From Devosia sp. (GTDB lineage: Bacteria > Pseudomonadota > Alphaproteobacteria > Rhizobiales > Devosiaceae), in the NCBI GenBank assembly GCA_028290245.1, contig JAQGKG010000164.1, positions 1 through 46,998 on the forward strand: DNA of 46,998 nucleotides, given 5' to 3'. Within the stretch, counting starts at the first letter, position 1. Every line of letters starts with the position of its first letter. The notes beneath the pieces are model-generated. The model worked only from the letters and a program-made list of their open reading frames with translations. It was not told where the DNA came from and made no database searches. The translations under genes were made by a program, and so were the position numbers. Below are positions 45,475 through 46,998 of this stretch, piece by piece.

Positions 45475-46415
45475 TAGCTTGCCTGCTGTCCAGTCCGTGC
45501 ACTTTGCAGCACCTGCTTGCGCAACCAGGCGTGGGCCGCATCGGCGCTCATGCGGGAATGCCAGAACAGGTTCATTTCGAATGGCGCCAGCTCGACCGGG
45601 GATTCGATCAGATCGAGCACTTGGTCAAAACGCTGCAGGAACCGGCGCGGCAGTGTGCAGATCAGGTCGGTGCTGCCAAGGATCAGCGGCGCCAATGCAT
45701 AGCTCTGCACCGAGACGCTGACCTGTCGGGTACGCCCCAATTCGCCCAGGACTGTATCGATCATTCCCGCAAAGTGACCGCCGCTGGTGGAAATCAGCAG
45801 ATGTTCGAGGTTGCAGAACTCGTCCAGCGTCATGGGTCCCTTGCCTCTCGGATGGCCGCGCCGTTGCGCCGTAACGAACTCTTCCTGGAACAGCTTTCGC
45901 GCCATCAGCCCCAGCGCGCCATCCTCCGCCACGCTGATAAAAACGTCGATTTCACCCTGTTCGAGGGCCTCCGAAATGCGGGCCTTGTCGGGCGTGGTGA
46001 AAGCGACTTTGACATTTGGCGCCGCCGACTTCAGCAGCGGGATCAGGTCCGGCGCCAGGATCGACACCGGATTGTCGGTCGCTGCAATGCGAAACACCCG
46101 CTTGCTGGTTGCTGGGTCAAACACTTTTGCCGTGCCGATGAAGTCGCTCAATTGTTCCAGCAGCCGAACCAGCTCAGGCTGCAGCGCCAGCGCGTGTGGC
46201 GACGCGACCATGCCCCGGCCCGAAGTTGAGGGAATGAACAGCGGATCACCCAGCAACTGCCGCAACCGCGTCAAACGGGCCGACAGCGCCGATTGCGTGA
46301 TGTTCAGCCGGTTCACGGCATGCGTGACGTTCTTGTCCTTGAGCAGGGCATCGAAGGTTAGCAGCAATCCCACGTCGAATTCAGCCAGCACGTGGTTCAA
46401 TTTGGGTCCCATCAT
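45474..46415 (-). CDS. LysR-family regulator, NodD/MexT/DntR-like
   Basis: LLLTFDALL...NVTHAVNRLNITQSALSARLTRLRQLLGDPLF; FDPATS; WHSR...HAWLR. Confidence 0.92.
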   Translation of the reverse strand: MMGPKLNHVLAEFDVGLLLTFDALLKDKNVTHAVNRLNITQSALSARLTRLRQLLGDPLFIPSTSGRGMVASPHALALQPELVRLLEQLSDFIGTAKVFDPATSKRVFRIAATDNPVSILAPDLIPLLKSAAPNVKVAFTTPDKARISEALEQGEIDVFISVAEDGALGLMARKLFQEEFVTAQRRGHPRGKGPMTLDEFCNLEHLLISTSGGHFAGMIDTVLGELGRTRQVSVSVQSYALAPLILGSTDLICTLPRRFLQRFDQVLDLIESPVELAPFEMNLFWHSRMSADAAHAWLRKQVLQSARTGQQAS

Positions 46416-46439
46416 CTTGATGCTCGAACTGCCGCAGCC

Positions 46440-46998
46440 TCACACCCGCAGCAGATCACTCAAAGCGCTGGAGAGGAAGTCGGCGACGCGCCGGATGCGG
46501 GCATTGCTGCGCACCTCTTCGCTCATCACCAGCCAGACTGGCAGGGCGCCGAGTTTCAATCCGCCATCCACCTGTTCGAGGTCCGGATGGCGTTTGGCGA
46601 GGACCACCTGACCGACGCCAATGCCAGCGCCGGCCAGCATGAGGTTCCAGGTTAGCAGGCCATCATCGGTTCGGAACGAAAACTCATCGCGGGTCAAATG
46701 GATGTCGTATCCGGCGAAGGCGCGGATCAGGAACTCGCCTCTATCGAGCCCGATGAGATCGTGGTTTCGGAGATCGTCTTTGGAAGCGACGCGGCCGCGG
46801 CGGTCGAAATAGTCCCGCGTCGCAAACAGGCCGATCGGCGTGTCTCCCAGTTTTCGGGCGATGAGGGCGTTCTGGGTTGGGTCGGCCATGCGAATGGCAA
46901 TGTCGGCGTCTCGACGCAGCAGGTTCTGGTTTGCGTCCGATGCGACAATCTCGATCTGGATGCTCGGCTCCGCCTGCCGCAAAGCCGACAGAAGCGGA
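46440..46998 (-). CDS. LysR-family regulator, partial (5' end outside window)
   Basis: Substrate-binding domain NLLRRDADIAIRM, AGAGIG, VWLV...RIRRVADFL. Confidence 0.85.
   Translation of the reverse strand, partial: PLLSALRQAEPSIQIEIVASDANQNLLRRDADIAIRMADPTQNALIARKLGDTPIGLFATRDYFDRRGRVASKDDLRNHDLIGLDRGEFLIRAFAGYDIHLTRDEFSFRTDDGLLTWNLMLAGAGIGVGQVVLAKRHPDLEQVDGGLKLGALPVWLVMSEEVRSNARIRRVADFLSSALSDLLRV

Noticed and set aside
1-46998. tRNA, rRNA, IS elements, integrases, toxin-antitoxin or restriction systems
   Set aside because: No cloverleaf, rRNA-like tract, transposase, recombinase or nuclease-methylase signatures seen by eye; a covariance-model and HMM scan would be needed to exclude small ones.

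Overview
A 47 kb chromosomal window from a GC-rich alphaproteobacterium (Hyphomicrobiales; Devosia-like by inference from gene content). 0.6-12.2 kb is a complete accessory chemosensory operon (STAS, cheY, cheA, cheW, two MCPs, cheW, cheR, cheB, and a soluble MCP-like protein). 12-40 kb is mostly core genes: dcd, SAM-II riboswitch-metZ, class I lysS, an S24 repressor, DUF952-pyrD, a LuxR-type response regulator, podJ, TauE/TIGR02186, Lhr-PdeM, a CrbS/PrlS-like hybrid kinase, mscL, a FixJ-like regulator, a PQQ dehydrogenase, hemA and an OmpA lipoprotein. 40.5-47 kb is a patchwork of small regulator-enzyme modules (MarR-hydrolase; frameshifted ketopantoate-reductase-like gene, DUF3291, TetR; secreted beta-propeller; two LysRs). 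I found no CRISPR array, tRNA/rRNA, transposase, integrase or recognisable defence system, and I cannot claim a wholly new system. The most unusual signals are: seven CcrM-type GANTC sites within 83 bp next to a CtrA-like box upstream of the che operon; a soluble double-hairpin MCP-like protein with a CheZ-like DxxxQ motif; a FixJ-like regulator lacking the phospho-acceptor Asp behind an array of four palindromic sites; a 116 bp nested palindrome that is read through in frame at the start of a binding-protein gene; a CrbS-like kinase without its transporter domain; and a frameshift that one extra GCAGC unit would repair. All assignments come from reading motifs by eye; no database search was run.
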